A stretch of DNA of 64,000 bases from Escherichia phage EP75: sequence record MG748547; one strand, 5' to 3'. Of this stretch, positions 37,971 to 48,047 are shown piece by piece. The notes beneath the pieces are model-generated. The model did not search any database and was not told the DNA's origin. It saw only the letters and a program-made list of their open reading frames with translations. The position numbers and the translations under genes are program-made. The first letter of the stretch is position 1; every line of letters starts with the position of its first letter.

Positions 37971-39206
37971 TCATCGTTTCAACAAAGACATGAGGTTTAC
38001 ACTGGTCGACTTCGGATTGTCCTCTATATTCCGGACGGGCATTTTCAGATTAGTGTAAACCTCAGATGGTTCCCAACGCGTACCCTGCTGCAGGTGCCAT
38101 ATATGTAGAGGAACACCCGTTTCAAAGAACACAGGCATCTTCCACTTCTGGACGCCAGGAACGTGCCCTGCAGGAGCTTTTTCGCACAACAGGGTATCTG
38201 GTAGCCAGAGGGAACGGGCTTCCCATAATGCCTTACAGGAGTACTCAGGCCAGATGCGTTCCATGTAGTCGATCTCATCCCAAGTACGCTCGGCATCCCA
38301 CCCGATGTAACGGGTATTCTTCAGACGGAAGAATTTCTTAAGCCAACAAGCACCGGAGGTCTCAAAGTTCAGACGATTGATGAACGTGATGTGGCCGAAC
38401 TCTTCAACGCATTCCTGAAACGCTTTCTCAAGGTCGTTTTCGAGTATATCACATTCTTCGTCTGTAATAGGACAACCGTTGATCTTTTTCTTCCCGTGCT
38501 TGGTCACCCAATCATCACGGTTGGATAAGAACGCCGCGCCGTTACGATTGGATTCGCTACCATCACGGTCACGCAACATGAAACCAGGGACGTCTATATC
38601 CCATATGTTACCGAAGACCATGTTCAGGGCTTCCAGGAAGTTCCATGCGCTCAGGCGACCGAAGTATTTCCATGACATCGCCGTATTCCACAGTTCAGTG
38701 AACTGGTCTTCCTTGGTAGTGCATTCCAACATCCAACGAAAAGAATCCATTTGGGTTTTACCACCCAACCAATCGATATAGGACTGAACGCACGGAATCA
38801 TCTTCGACTTACGATAACGACAATCTGTATCGAAGCGCATACGATCAAAGTTCAGGTTATACCAATCAGAAAATCGCTGAAACTCTTTCGGAGATTGTGG
38901 GGGTACAGGAAATTCACTGTAAATTGTCCATGGTCCAATCCCATTATAGCAACAACCCCACAAAAAGGCCATCCAAATCTTGCGCTCGATCTTCTCGAGC
39001 TGTGTGATGCCTTCTGTAACCTCTATGGCATAATCCATCAGACGGACTTGCTGGTTATGCTCTTCAGTGTAGGATAGCGCCTCCACCCATGCCTTGAGCA
39101 GGTACATGCGATTTTCTGGCTTACGATAATCTACTGCCAGATCAATCGGGTATTTCCATTTTTCAGGGGCTTTATACCCCTGCGGCATTTTAGAAATGTG
39201 TATCAT
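37971..39206 (-). CDS. hypothetical protein (411 aa), Trp/Cys-rich
   Basis: Large conserved-looking ORF upstream of kinase/HAD genes; no motif recognised. Confidence 0.55.
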   Translation of the reverse strand: MIHISKMPQGYKAPEKWKYPIDLAVDYRKPENRMYLLKAWVEALSYTEEHNQQVRLMDYAIEVTEGITQLEKIERKIWMAFLWGCCYNGIGPWTIYSEFPVPPQSPKEFQRFSDWYNLNFDRMRFDTDCRYRKSKMIPCVQSYIDWLGGKTQMDSFRWMLECTTKEDQFTELWNTAMSWKYFGRLSAWNFLEALNMVFGNIWDIDVPGFMLRDRDGSESNRNGAAFLSNRDDWVTKHGKKKINGCPITDEECDILENDLEKAFQECVEEFGHITFINRLNFETSGACWLKKFFRLKNTRYIGWDAERTWDEIDYMERIWPEYSCKALWEARSLWLPDTLLCEKAPAGHVPGVQKWKMPVFFETGVPLHIWHLQQGTRWEPSEVYTNLKMPVRNIEDNPKSTSVNLMSLLKR

Positions 39207-39388
39207 CCGATTTTACTCCCGAGTTCAACACGGAACGCCAGATAGAAGAAAGTGGCGATCGATACTGGACAGATCACCAAGAATGGGCGCTGTTGCACCC
39301 CTTCTGTGACCATGACGCCGACCAGCGAAACCGTAAAGATAACGAACATCAGCATCATGAAGATAAAATCAACATGCTTGATTTTCAT
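39203..39388 (-). CDS. small membrane protein (61 aa)
   Basis: Two hydrophobic helices. Confidence 0.4.
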   Translation of the reverse strand: MKIKHVDFIFMMLMFVIFTVSLVGVMVTEGVQQRPFLVICPVSIATFFYLAFRVELGSKIG

Positions 39389-39755
39389 CTTTCACTTCCT
39401 CTACAGGAGAAACAACTTCAGGCTCAGCTTCGGGAGCCAGCTGAATTTCTTCGGGGCTTACTACGGGCTGTCCCAGAGACCAGATAGGCAGGAAACGACG
39501 ATCATTCGTCACCAACCAAATTTGCTTGGCGGTTTTCGTCTTTTCGGAAATAAAATGCTGGGCATTGACCTGGGTACGAGCCAAACCCACCTGACGCCAA
39601 GAACCGAAATCCTTAGAAGAAGGATTGGTATTCAGTTGAAATTGTGGGACGATTTTATTCTGTTCCGGATAGTAACGGACAGCGTTAATCATCTTCGCAT
39701 CACCACGGTAATCAATAGCAACAGCGACAACGTTGCGTGGAATGAGGATTTTCAT
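39369..39755 (-). CDS. hypothetical protein (128 aa)
   Basis: ORF in operon. Confidence 0.45.
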   Translation of the reverse strand: MKILIPRNVVAVAIDYRGDAKMINAVRYYPEQNKIVPQFQLNTNPSSKDFGSWRQVGLARTQVNAQHFISEKTKTAKQIWLVTNDRRFLPIWSLGQPVVSPEEIQLAPEAEPEVVSPVEEVKDENQAC

Positions 39756-39756
39756 T

Positions 39757-39960
39757 TTAATTCCTTTTGAAACTCTGAATTATGTTATAGACGAAAGGCG
39801 TTAATAAGATAGCACCCCCCAAATAATATAACGCGTAAACGTTCAATATTTCGGTTGAATCCAACTCAACGATGCCCAAATATTTCATGACACCGACAAG
39901 CACAGCTGTGATACACATCACCAATCCGACGAACACAAAATATTTAGACATCTGTTTCAT
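39757..39960 (-). CDS. small membrane protein (67 aa)
   Basis: Two hydrophobic helices. Confidence 0.4.
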   Translation of the reverse strand: MKQMSKYFVFVGLVMCITAVLVGVMKYLGIVELDSTEILNVYALYYLGGAILLTPFVYNIIQSFKRN

Positions 39961-39962
39961 TT

Positions 39963-40868
39963 CTAACCCTTACTCAACAGGCCGAGAAGGGATACAGAGG
40001 ACTTTGTTACCTCTCCCTTGGCGCTCGCCTTGGTTTTAGATTTGGTCGCCTTCTCAGGGACTCGATGCGCTAGAGGATCATCCCCACCGACTTCACGCGT
40101 CATTGGGTCAGTTTCACAGAATCCGTAAAAATCTTTGATGTCCAGACCCATGGCGTGAAACTCACCACGCATTTGATGATGAATAGCGTTACCAATCACC
40201 CACAAAGGTGCATCAAACGGCATCATGGCTAATTCGCTATCATTTCCTGTTTTGAATTCTTGAGTGTTTGTAGACGATTGGCGATACAACACGTCTTGAC
40301 CGCTGTAATCATTGACCACCACTTCCCAACCCAGCGCCAGCATTTCGGCCTTCGACTTCTCAAACTCCTTGGAGTAAGATTCGTTGCGTGACCAGCCGGA
40401 ATCTCCCGCCTCTTTACCAGAACGCCCACGGATACGAGCGTCGTACTGGTAGCGGTCAGGGTATGCAAAGTACAGCAGTGCCAGTGATTCAATCGGATAG
40501 TTCTTGAACATCCATTCAGGACGCCATTTATCCGACAGCATGAGGGGTTCACCCTCGCACACCAAAGTGTAACCCTGAGCCAGCCAACCTTTGACCAGAT
40601 CACGGGCGATATCACCCGAGCCTGTGGCGGCGTGGATGGCGTCCATGGAAGTCCAGGAAGCCAGGCCGGATTTGTTAGACACAGTATACTGGCCAACGAA
40701 GATTAACTTCAGTTCTTCGAACTTCAGGCCGAATGGGCGCGTCTTGTCACCAATGGTGTAGGTGAGTTCAGTAGGGGTTAGGGTAGTGCGCAGCCATTCG
40801 ATGAACTGAACAACACGGGTGCCTTTACCCGTGCCAGAGGTTCCTTTCACTACAATTATTTTAGCCAT
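39963..40868 (-). CDS. P-loop kinase/NTPase
   Basis: N-terminal Walker A 'GTSGTGKGT' in a roughly 300-aa protein. Confidence 0.55.
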   Translation of the reverse strand: MAKIIVVKGTSGTGKGTRVVQFIEWLRTTLTPTELTYTIGDKTRPFGLKFEELKLIFVGQYTVSNKSGLASWTSMDAIHAATGSGDIARDLVKGWLAQGYTLVCEGEPLMLSDKWRPEWMFKNYPIESLALLYFAYPDRYQYDARIRGRSGKEAGDSGWSRNESYSKEFEKSKAEMLALGWEVVVNDYSGQDVLYRQSSTNTQEFKTGNDSELAMMPFDAPLWVIGNAIHHQMRGEFHAMGLDIKDFYGFCETDPMTREVGGDDPLAHRVPEKATKSKTKASAKGEVTKSSVSLLGLLSKG

Positions 40869-41173
40869 TATGCATCTTCCTCAATACGCCAGCTCACACC
40901 ACCCAACCAGGGAGACCAGAAAACAGCAACCTGTGGGCGATCGTTTTCTACAAACTTCACTTTATACTGGTCATCAAAGTTATAGAAAATTTCGTCGTCA
41001 TCAGGTGCCATACCGTTTTCGATCAGAACTCGTTTTAATTCCAACGCTGCGCCAACGGAAGTTGGTGGATTCTGATTACGGATGAAGTTGTTTACATGGA
41101 TAATGATACCATCCATATCACTGTCACCGGAACGCTTGTCAGGGCTTTCTACAACTTTATTTTGTTCTTGCAC
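40868..41173 (-). CDS. hypothetical protein (101 aa)
   Basis: ORF in operon. Confidence 0.45.
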   Translation of the reverse strand: MQEQNKVVESPDKRSGDSDMDGIIIHVNNFIRNQNPPTSVGAALELKRVLIENGMAPDDDEIFYNFDDQYKVKFVENDRPQVAVFWSPWLGGVSWRIEEDA

Positions 41174-41182
41174 GATGTGCTC

Positions 41183-41965
41183 CTATCGGACATATTGATA
41201 ATGAGAAACCAGGCGATTCACCACTTCATCGAGGTTACGATTTAAGAAGTCAAAGTGGTTTTGGCCTTCTACATGCTTAATATAAAGCATATCCTCGCAA
41301 TTCGAAAGATCCAGTTTTTCATAATTGCCCTGAGGGACGAAGATGACGAAGATGTTATTCAGGGCACACGGCTCAACATACTTCGGATTGTCGTCGATCA
41401 GGACATCGCCAGCAAGCAGATGCTTTTCATCCGTGCTCACGAACCCATTAATCAACGATTCAAAGTGATGGTATGTGAACTGACGCTTGCTGCGTTCGTG
41501 TTCCGGTTCGCATTTTGTAACTGCCACCATTTCCACTTGCTCAAACTTCTGAAGGAGAGAGGCCTTTAAATTCGTAAGGAATTCAACAGCCCCTGGCAGT
41601 GGTGACATTCTGGAATACAGATCAGGCATACGCCACCAATCCATCGGATCACGTCCTGTTGGCGAATCCATCCACTGACCAGCAACGAATACACGGCGCG
41701 TTAACCAGGCCGGATGCGCGCGTTCACGCATGAGGATCGCCAGATCACCAGCGTGTGACATATAGCACTCTTTGGTGATTGGTTGAAATTCAGATGGGTA
41801 GTCGTGACATCCCATATTTTCCGCAGCGGCTTTAGAATTAGAGATATTGAACCATTCAACCCACGGCGAAAGGGAATCAACCAGAGTCAAATCCACATCC
41901 ACCAGAACGCGATATAACCCGCCAATTTTAGAACATGCGTCATACAGACCAACGTGATTATTCAT
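41183..41965 (-). CDS. HAD-superfamily phosphatase (deoxyribonucleotidase-like), putative
   Basis: Start set to ATG 41965 (GGAGAAA ribosome-binding site); 'VLVDVDLTL' motif I and 'GDVLIDDNPKY' motif IV. Confidence 0.5.
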   Translation of the reverse strand: MNNHVGLYDACSKIGGLYRVLVDVDLTLVDSLSPWVEWFNISNSKAAAENMGCHDYPSEFQPITKECYMSHAGDLAILMRERAHPAWLTRRVFVAGQWMDSPTGRDPMDWWRMPDLYSRMSPLPGAVEFLTNLKASLLQKFEQVEMVAVTKCEPEHERSKRQFTYHHFESLINGFVSTDEKHLLAGDVLIDDNPKYVEPCALNNIFVIFVPQGNYEKLDLSNCEDMLYIKHVEGQNHFDFLNRNLDEVVNRLVSHYQYVR

Positions 41966-42302
41966 CAGATTTCTCCACTTGATCATAACCAGTTGCGGTG
42001 CATTGTTCTTCGGTGCAATCGGCATACAGAACCACAGAAGATTCCTTCACGTAAGTGGTGCAGTGATAGGTTTCATCTTCCTGGATGGAATCATCATAAT
42101 TGCAAACAGTTTGCAACGGACCAGGAGTGGTGTTGTCCAAAGCTGCATGTGCCTTGATGGTGTCTTCCATCTTATTCACCGCTTGCTGATTGGTGAACGT
42201 CGGCGCATCGAGGTCAACGGTAGACGCAACGTCCAGAAGGGTAGAGCATGCAGTGGTAGAGAAAGCCAGAGCACACACCAGAAGAATCTTATTGAGTTTC
42301 AT
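41958..42302 (-). CDS. putative lipoprotein (114 aa)
   Basis: 'MKLNKILLVCALAFSTTAC' signal peptide with lipobox-like Cys; four more Cys in mature part. Confidence 0.5.
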   Translation of the reverse strand: MKLNKILLVCALAFSTTACSTLLDVASTVDLDAPTFTNQQAVNKMEDTIKAHAALDNTTPGPLQTVCNYDDSIQEDETYHCTTYVKESSVVLYADCTEEQCTATGYDQVEKSDE

Positions 42303-42362
42303 AACAATACCTGTTGTCAAAGGGATAACAGGGGGAATTATATCCCCCTTTGTTTTATTGAA

Positions 42363-45359
42363 TCAACCTTTCTTGCCCATCATGGACAACAGATTAACTC
42401 GACGTTTGTGAGACCAACCAACCACGTCTAGAATAGACTGTATCGGCTCTATGAAGGTCTTTTCAAACGTAGTGTGGTAATCTACCCACTTATCCAGCCC
42501 CAACTCCGGAGGGAGGAAGTCAGGGAAGGCTATGCGGTCGTTCCCCACAGGGTTCCCAGGTTTCAGGTTAATGATTTTAACCTTATCGCCAGATTCTATC
42601 GGCGGGAGACCGAGGTCTTCATGCTTGTCTATCAGCTTGTTGTACATAATACAAGCCTTGGCAGCAAAGTGTGTGCCACTGATATAATTCCCGTTCGCGT
42701 CTAACCACTTCTCAATATCACTAACGCCAGAGGCTTGAGCAATATCATCCACGGTTAATTCCATATATTCCTTCTTATAACCCGCGATCAATTCCTGAAC
42801 TTCAGCCTCCGTCCCCAGCAGAACTTTCTCATAGCATTTAACCAGACGTTCACGACACCATTCCGGCGTTGTAGATTTACGCGCTTCCAGACCTTTGAAT
42901 TTGATCTTTGGCTTCTCATACTTGATGCCTTCGCTATCGTATACTGCCATGCAATACATCTTCTTGGCTCGCCATACAGCAGACGATGCGATGACCTCAC
43001 GTTCCCAGACCATGCGCTGCTCAAACCCGTTCATGGTATTACACAACAACTGCGCCCATTCACTGGTTTTTGGCTGGTAATTCTCTTTGATCCATTGGTC
43101 AATGTTATCAACGAGTTTGTGATGGTCCTTTTCTTCAGGCCACAATTGCTTGACCAGGCGTTCAATGCAAATGTAGTTGGAGTCAGTATCACCCGCGATA
43201 ACAAAATCCTGACCAGTAGTGCCGCAAAGTTTGTTCAGATAATCATCGGTGTGGCGTTTGTTCCATTTGTTGATCAGCTGGCCGGAAGTGGTGATTGCTT
43301 CAGCGATGTTGATGTTGAAGTATTCTTTAAACCAGACGTTAGAAATTGCGCCATATCCTGCGTTCATCAAGATTTTCAGACCTTGTTGTAACGTATCTTG
43401 GGCAACTCCCAAATCTTCCCACTTATGCATGACTTCAGTCAGGTGATCAAGATCGATGTGCTTGTGTTCTTCATACCATTCAGGATCGTAGAAACGAGAC
43501 TTCATGGCGGATTCAAGGTGGAAATCACCTTTAGACATCTCCTTACACCAACCAGCCCATTGCTCATATTTCAGGCCTGTTGCTTTCTCCCCTTTACGGT
43601 CAGCGTATATGCCTCGCATAATTTCGGAAAGGAAGGACATCTTCTCATTACTGAAGAACTGAACGTTCGGGGTAAACGAAACGTTATATCGGCGTAGTGT
43701 TTCAAAATGGAATTCGCCCAGCGCGACCAATTCATCAACAACTTGTATGCGTTCATCAATAGCACGCTGCAACTTGTCGTGAAGATTTTTGAGATGACGA
43801 CGTTTATTCATCGGCGTTGTCATATCATTCATCGCTTTGGTCAATTCCTCACACATGGCCTCAATAATATCACGGCGGGTGTGCTTATCAGAAACGATAG
43901 TCTCTGGACCAAGGTTGTATTGTTGTATAATGTGAGGGTACAGGGAGTTTAAGTCCTCAGAGAAGACCCAGAAATATATCCCTGGTGTAACCTCCATGAC
44001 ATACGCGCCTTCAAAATCTGTTGGCCCGTCATAGACGCGCTGTATTTTAGGGACAATCCCCTTTTCATAAAGACGATAATAGCACATTGCCAGCCACGGT
44101 GCTACAGTGCCGAGACCGTCTTCATAGTTAGATTTGGTGCGATACGCCAATACAAACATCAGCTGTATCAAACGCAGTTTTTGTTCTAAGCGCCACACGA
44201 GTTTGACGTCTTTGATACCATATCGCGTATGCTTGCAATAATCATTGAAATAAAGGTCATACAACGATTTGCTTTCACTATAATCCAACTTCTTCTCGCC
44301 GAGTTCACAATAAGCGATCCAGTCCAGTGAGTATTTTTCGCGGGTGGTGTAAGTGTGCTTCTTGTACACTTGCATGTAGTCCATCATTGGACAACCCACA
44401 AACTGATAAGACGTGACGTCCCCTTTACGGTCTTTGATGAAACGTTTCTTCAGTTTACCCCAAGGGCTGAGACGTTCGGCTTGTGTTTCACCAAGAACCT
44501 GCGTAATTCGTTCAACCAAATAGGGGCTATCGAACGTTTCAATGTTCCACCCCGTCCAACCGTCAAATTGACGTTCCGACCAGTAATCCAAGAAGGCGCG
44601 AAGCAGATCTTGTTCCGTCGTATATTCTTTATATTCGACCTCAAGACCGCCGACTTCTTCATCATTGGGATCATATTTGAATTTATGGCGATCCTTGGAA
44701 CACGGCATACCCCAGACATAGAATTTGTTGGTATTCATATCTTGGAGCTGAATCAGCGTAATAGGGAACGCTGCATTCATGTTCTGGGTGATCTTACCAT
44801 TACTGTCGATGATTGGGAATTGATCAGTAACATTGTTGGAAATAAAGGAACCAGGGAAATGCTCCCGAACGAAGTCATGGTTGGCCAGGACTTGCTTATG
44901 GAAGCGGCGAACCCGCGCCTCGCTGCCTTTAAACGTGTGGGATTCAATGGTTGCGTGTGGGAATGGACCTTTAGTCATTTCTCCGTCACGCCAACCAGCC
45001 GAGAACACTTCGATATCCACGTTGGCGATGTGGATATTTGAATAATCAGGTGTGATCATCCCAGGAAAACTATGGGCGATGAATTGATATGCATAATCCG
45101 TTTGTCCATACACCGCAGCGCCTTCGACCTCCTTGTACTCCTCAAGATAGTTGTCAGCGTCGCGCATTGATGCAAACTTTTTAGACACCAACGGTTCGTT
45201 GAGGAGGCCAATCTTTTCAACTTTGGAATAATCAGCTGTGGGTAAATACAAGGTGGGTTCGAATTTCTTACGCAACATTCGGCGATTGCCGTTGTCGTCT
45301 GCGATACGAATCAGAAGGTCGTTACCCTGTCGGGCAACGTTCGTATAGAAAACAGTCAT
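42363..45359 (-). CDS. DNA polymerase, family B (T4 gp43-like)
   Basis: 'DIEV' exo I, 'SLYPHI' and 'IAGDTDSNY' motifs; start re-assigned to ATG 45359 (GGAG ribosome-binding site), giving 999 aa. Confidence 0.9.
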   Translation of the reverse strand: MTVFYTNVARQGNDLLIRIADDNGNRRMLRKKFEPTLYLPTADYSKVEKIGLLNEPLVSKKFASMRDADNYLEEYKEVEGAAVYGQTDYAYQFIAHSFPGMITPDYSNIHIANVDIEVFSAGWRDGEMTKGPFPHATIESHTFKGSEARVRRFHKQVLANHDFVREHFPGSFISNNVTDQFPIIDSNGKITQNMNAAFPITLIQLQDMNTNKFYVWGMPCSKDRHKFKYDPNDEEVGGLEVEYKEYTTEQDLLRAFLDYWSERQFDGWTGWNIETFDSPYLVERITQVLGETQAERLSPWGKLKKRFIKDRKGDVTSYQFVGCPMMDYMQVYKKHTYTTREKYSLDWIAYCELGEKKLDYSESKSLYDLYFNDYCKHTRYGIKDVKLVWRLEQKLRLIQLMFVLAYRTKSNYEDGLGTVAPWLAMCYYRLYEKGIVPKIQRVYDGPTDFEGAYVMEVTPGIYFWVFSEDLNSLYPHIIQQYNLGPETIVSDKHTRRDIIEAMCEELTKAMNDMTTPMNKRRHLKNLHDKLQRAIDERIQVVDELVALGEFHFETLRRYNVSFTPNVQFFSNEKMSFLSEIMRGIYADRKGEKATGLKYEQWAGWCKEMSKGDFHLESAMKSRFYDPEWYEEHKHIDLDHLTEVMHKWEDLGVAQDTLQQGLKILMNAGYGAISNVWFKEYFNINIAEAITTSGQLINKWNKRHTDDYLNKLCGTTGQDFVIAGDTDSNYICIERLVKQLWPEEKDHHKLVDNIDQWIKENYQPKTSEWAQLLCNTMNGFEQRMVWEREVIASSAVWRAKKMYCMAVYDSEGIKYEKPKIKFKGLEARKSTTPEWCRERLVKCYEKVLLGTEAEVQELIAGYKKEYMELTVDDIAQASGVSDIEKWLDANGNYISGTHFAAKACIMYNKLIDKHEDLGLPPIESGDKVKIINLKPGNPVGNDRIAFPDFLPPELGLDKWVDYHTTFEKTFIEPIQSILDVVGWSHKRRVNLLSMMGKKG

Positions 45360-45438
45360 TGTTTGTCTCCGGTTAACCGTGCCGTCAGCACGTCCCCGTA
45401 ATTTAACCGAGGAACGTTCAATGACCAAGGAGTTTAAA

Positions 45439-46011
45439 ATGGCAATCCCCTTTGTGAGCATGATTCCAGGGGCGCTAAAGCAACTCTGGAATCTTGGGAC
45501 TGATTTGGTGCAATATAAGCGGGAAATTGTTCAGGCTAAACACGATGTTAAACTGGAGGCAATAAAGTCTTCTTCAGAATGGGAACTTTCTAAGATTACC
45601 GAAGTCGGCGGTTCTTGGAAAGATGAATTCTGGACAATCGTTTTGGCTGTTCCCGCTATCCTTGTTATGATCGCTCCGGTTGTGGAACTTCTAATGTTCC
45701 CCACCGAGTATCATAAAGGGGATTTCATCAAAGCAGTAATTGATGGTATGCAAGCCCTTGAAACAGCACCTGATTGGTATACTGCTTCGCTATTGACAGC
45801 AATTAGTGCATCATTCGGTATCAAGGGGTACAACCATTACAAAAGCAATAGCCGGAAGGCGCAAGCTGTGGATGCTCTCAAACAGTTTGGGGTCAAAGTG
45901 GTTAACAAAGATCCCACTGTTGTTACTCAGTCGGGTTCTCCCGATCTTGAGTCTGCTCCCCCAGCTGGGTCTACTGCGACCTCTGGTGCGTGGCCTGATC
46001 TGAAGAAATAA
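45439..46011 (+). CDS. membrane protein (about 191 aa)
   Basis: ATG 45439 with AAGGAG ribosome-binding site; central transmembrane helix 'FWTIVLAVPAILVMIAPVV'. Confidence 0.45.
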   Translation: MAIPFVSMIPGALKQLWNLGTDLVQYKREIVQAKHDVKLEAIKSSSEWELSKITEVGGSWKDEFWTIVLAVPAILVMIAPVVELLMFPTEYHKGDFIKAVIDGMQALETAPDWYTASLLTAISASFGIKGYNHYKSNSRKAQAVDALKQFGVKVVNKDPTVVTQSGSPDLESAPPAGSTATSGAWPDLKK

Positions 46012-46018
46012 GTTCAAG

Positions 46019-46042
46019 GGGAGGAAACTCCCCTTTCTTTTG
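46019..46042 (+). terminator. intrinsic terminator
   Basis: GGGGAG-GAAA-CTCCCC hairpin followed by TTTCTTTT. Confidence 0.7.
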
Positions 46043-46053
46043 GTGTTTAGGGA

Positions 46054-46266
46054 ATGAAAGTGGTAAACAAGAGATTGCTCGTTACCCAAGGCGGGGCGAC
46101 GATAGTACGCGGAAGGATATATGAACAAACACAGCTTGGTGATCATAAGACTCGTCTGACGGTTAAAGCACCCGACGGTGGTTGGCCAACAAAGGTGATT
46201 GTCCCAGACGGCCTCATAGAACGAGGGACGGCGACGTATAAAGGAGCAGAGTTCAAAATTTATTAA
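46054..46266 (+). CDS. hypothetical protein (70 aa)
   Basis: ORF after terminator; weak ribosome-binding site. Confidence 0.35.
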   Translation: MKVVNKRLLVTQGGATIVRGRIYEQTQLGDHKTRLTVKAPDGGWPTKVIVPDGLIERGTATYKGAEFKIY

Positions 46267-46361
46267 AATATTTATTGAATAAAGTTTACTTCTTCAATAA
46301 CTGGCGTATACTTCTAATTGTAGTACGAACAAACAACAATCTGAAGAGAAGGAAATACATC

Positions 46362-46919
46362 ATGGCAATCGAAATTATCGCTCAATCAAAATCAGGCAAA
46401 ACAGTTCTGTTCGGAACCGAAGAAGGTCGTGCAATCACCACCCTGGGTACGGTTGACGGCAGCAATCCAGTAAAAGGCGGTCGCTTTCTGGTTGAATACG
46501 GTTCTCGTGTTGTAATGATAAGCAAAATCGATGGTCGTGAAATCACTGCTCCTCGCCAAGAGTTCTTTGATTCACGTTCCGCTGCCATGCAGTTCTTTTT
46601 CTTCCAGAAACGTCATGAACTGTTCGTTGAAGCGAAAGACGCAGGTCTGGACGACGCGACGGCTGAACTGATTGCCGAAGGTAAAATGACTCTTGAGGCT
46701 GCTCTCGGAGACATGGATTGCGAAGCCGAAGCACATTATATTGAATATTCCGCATATCAGAACGAATGTGAAGATGATCCGGAAGATGACGGCTTCGACC
46801 CTGACCTCCACGGCGGTGAAGACGATAACACCCCTTCCCTAGAAGTTCTGATGGCTGGCGGCCAGGCCGCTTGGGAATGGCAGAACGAGAAGAACGCCTG
46901 GCTGGATTCCCGTATCTAA
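46362..46919 (+). CDS. hypothetical protein with acidic C-terminus (185 aa)
   Basis: ATG 46362 with AGAAGGAAA ribosome-binding site. Confidence 0.5.
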   Translation: MAIEIIAQSKSGKTVLFGTEEGRAITTLGTVDGSNPVKGGRFLVEYGSRVVMISKIDGREITAPRQEFFDSRSAAMQFFFFQKRHELFVEAKDAGLDDATAELIAEGKMTLEAALGDMDCEAEAHYIEYSAYQNECEDDPEDDGFDPDLHGGEDDNTPSLEVLMAGGQAAWEWQNEKNAWLDSRI

Positions 46920-46967
46920 TTGATTGAAGCCCCTTCGGGGGCTTACTTTGAACTGAAGGACTATATC

Positions 46968-47513
46968 ATGAGCAACCCAAAAACTCCTGTCCGTATTGCC
47001 GTCGAGCCTCTACTGGTTGATGCTGAGAATGCTGCTGAGCAGTACGCGAACAAAGTCATCAAGAACATAATGGACGATCTGGCATCCAACGGCTGGGACG
47101 TCGAGAAGTGTGCTCCGTGGCCATCTTCGGTTGGTGTCAAGTTTGGTGATCCAGATTACCAACGAATGAAATCTAAACACGCGCTCTACCGTTCTTTGAC
47201 CCAGGCAGTGAATCCTTCTTACATACCTGGGAAGCCGGATATTGTCAAAGCTGATCTTGATCGCCATGCTCTGTTTGTCAAAGAAGCACGTCGAAACGCT
47301 GCGATGCAATATGAGTCTTTCATTTGTAAACTGGAAAACAAAATTGGTAGTCATAGTGCGGCTGTACTGAACGGTTCCCATGTATGGGGTTATTCAATCC
47401 TAACCGTGACCACACCAGAGGGGATTCAGCGCTGGAAGACTCAGACGATTATCAATATGTCCAAGTTGGGCAAACTCTTTAACCAATATCCAACCAGGAA
47501 GGTGAAGGAGTAA
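46968..47513 (+). CDS. hypothetical protein (181 aa)
   Basis: ATG 46968 with AAGGA ribosome-binding site. Confidence 0.5.
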   Translation: MSNPKTPVRIAVEPLLVDAENAAEQYANKVIKNIMDDLASNGWDVEKCAPWPSSVGVKFGDPDYQRMKSKHALYRSLTQAVNPSYIPGKPDIVKADLDRHALFVKEARRNAAMQYESFICKLENKIGSHSAAVLNGSHVWGYSILTVTTPEGIQRWKTQTIINMSKLGKLFNQYPTRKVKE

Positions 47514-47526
47514 AATTAGAACAACA

Positions 47527-47547
47527 AAGGGGCATTAAGCCCCTTTG
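47527..47547. terminator. bidirectional intrinsic terminator
   Basis: AAAGGGGC-ATTAA-GCCCCTTTG hairpin between convergent genes. Confidence 0.65.
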
Positions 47548-47548
47548 T

Positions 47549-48007
47549 TTATTTCCCATCCCAAAAGTCGTCTTCATCGTCTACTTCATCAAACGCAGAA
47601 TCCAATTCTTCGTCAGAGTACTCTGGAAGGCGACCATTCTGTTTCAGATATTCAATCTCGTCATCTTCCAATTGAAGATCTGTTGCTATAAACAGCGCTC
47701 CAGTCTCTTCATCATGTTCAATGCTATAAGACGTATATTCAGAACCTTGAACTGTAATGATGATAGATGTCGGATCTTCTGGATCCACGTGGGCTTCAAA
47801 CGGGATACCGTCAATCGGAGCGTCTTCTAAGAATGTTGCAAGGGCTACGGCAGCGCGGACAACATCCGTACCCTGTACCGATGCATAAATTTCTTCTGCG
47901 CCCGTTTCCCCGCGCTCAAAGAATTCAATCGTTGTCCCGTCTTGAACCCCAGTCCAGATAGGCATATCGGCTGGTGTATCAGCTTCAAATAATTTTGAAA
48001 TTGGCAT
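47549..48007 (-). CDS. highly acidic hypothetical protein (152 aa)
   Basis: ORF with GAGGAAA ribosome-binding site; CCTAAATAT late-like motif upstream. Confidence 0.5.
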   Translation of the reverse strand: MPISKLFEADTPADMPIWTGVQDGTTIEFFERGETGAEEIYASVQGTDVVRAAVALATFLEDAPIDGIPFEAHVDPEDPTSIIITVQGSEYTSYSIEHDEETGALFIATDLQLEDDEIEYLKQNGRLPEYSDEELDSAFDEVDDEDDFWDGK

Positions 48008-48038
48008 GTTCGTTTCCTCTATGGATAAACCTTATGGG

Positions 48039-48047
48039 ATATTTAGG
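48039..48047 (-). promoter_or_regulatory. late-promoter-like motif CCTAAATAT
   Basis: About 32 nt upstream of the 48007 start codon. Confidence 0.4.

Noticed and set aside
43095-45041. Plus-strand ORFs inside the DNA polymerase gene (for example 44355..45041, 228 aa)
   Set aside because: Entirely antisense to a polymerase with conserved motifs; typical shadow ORFs.
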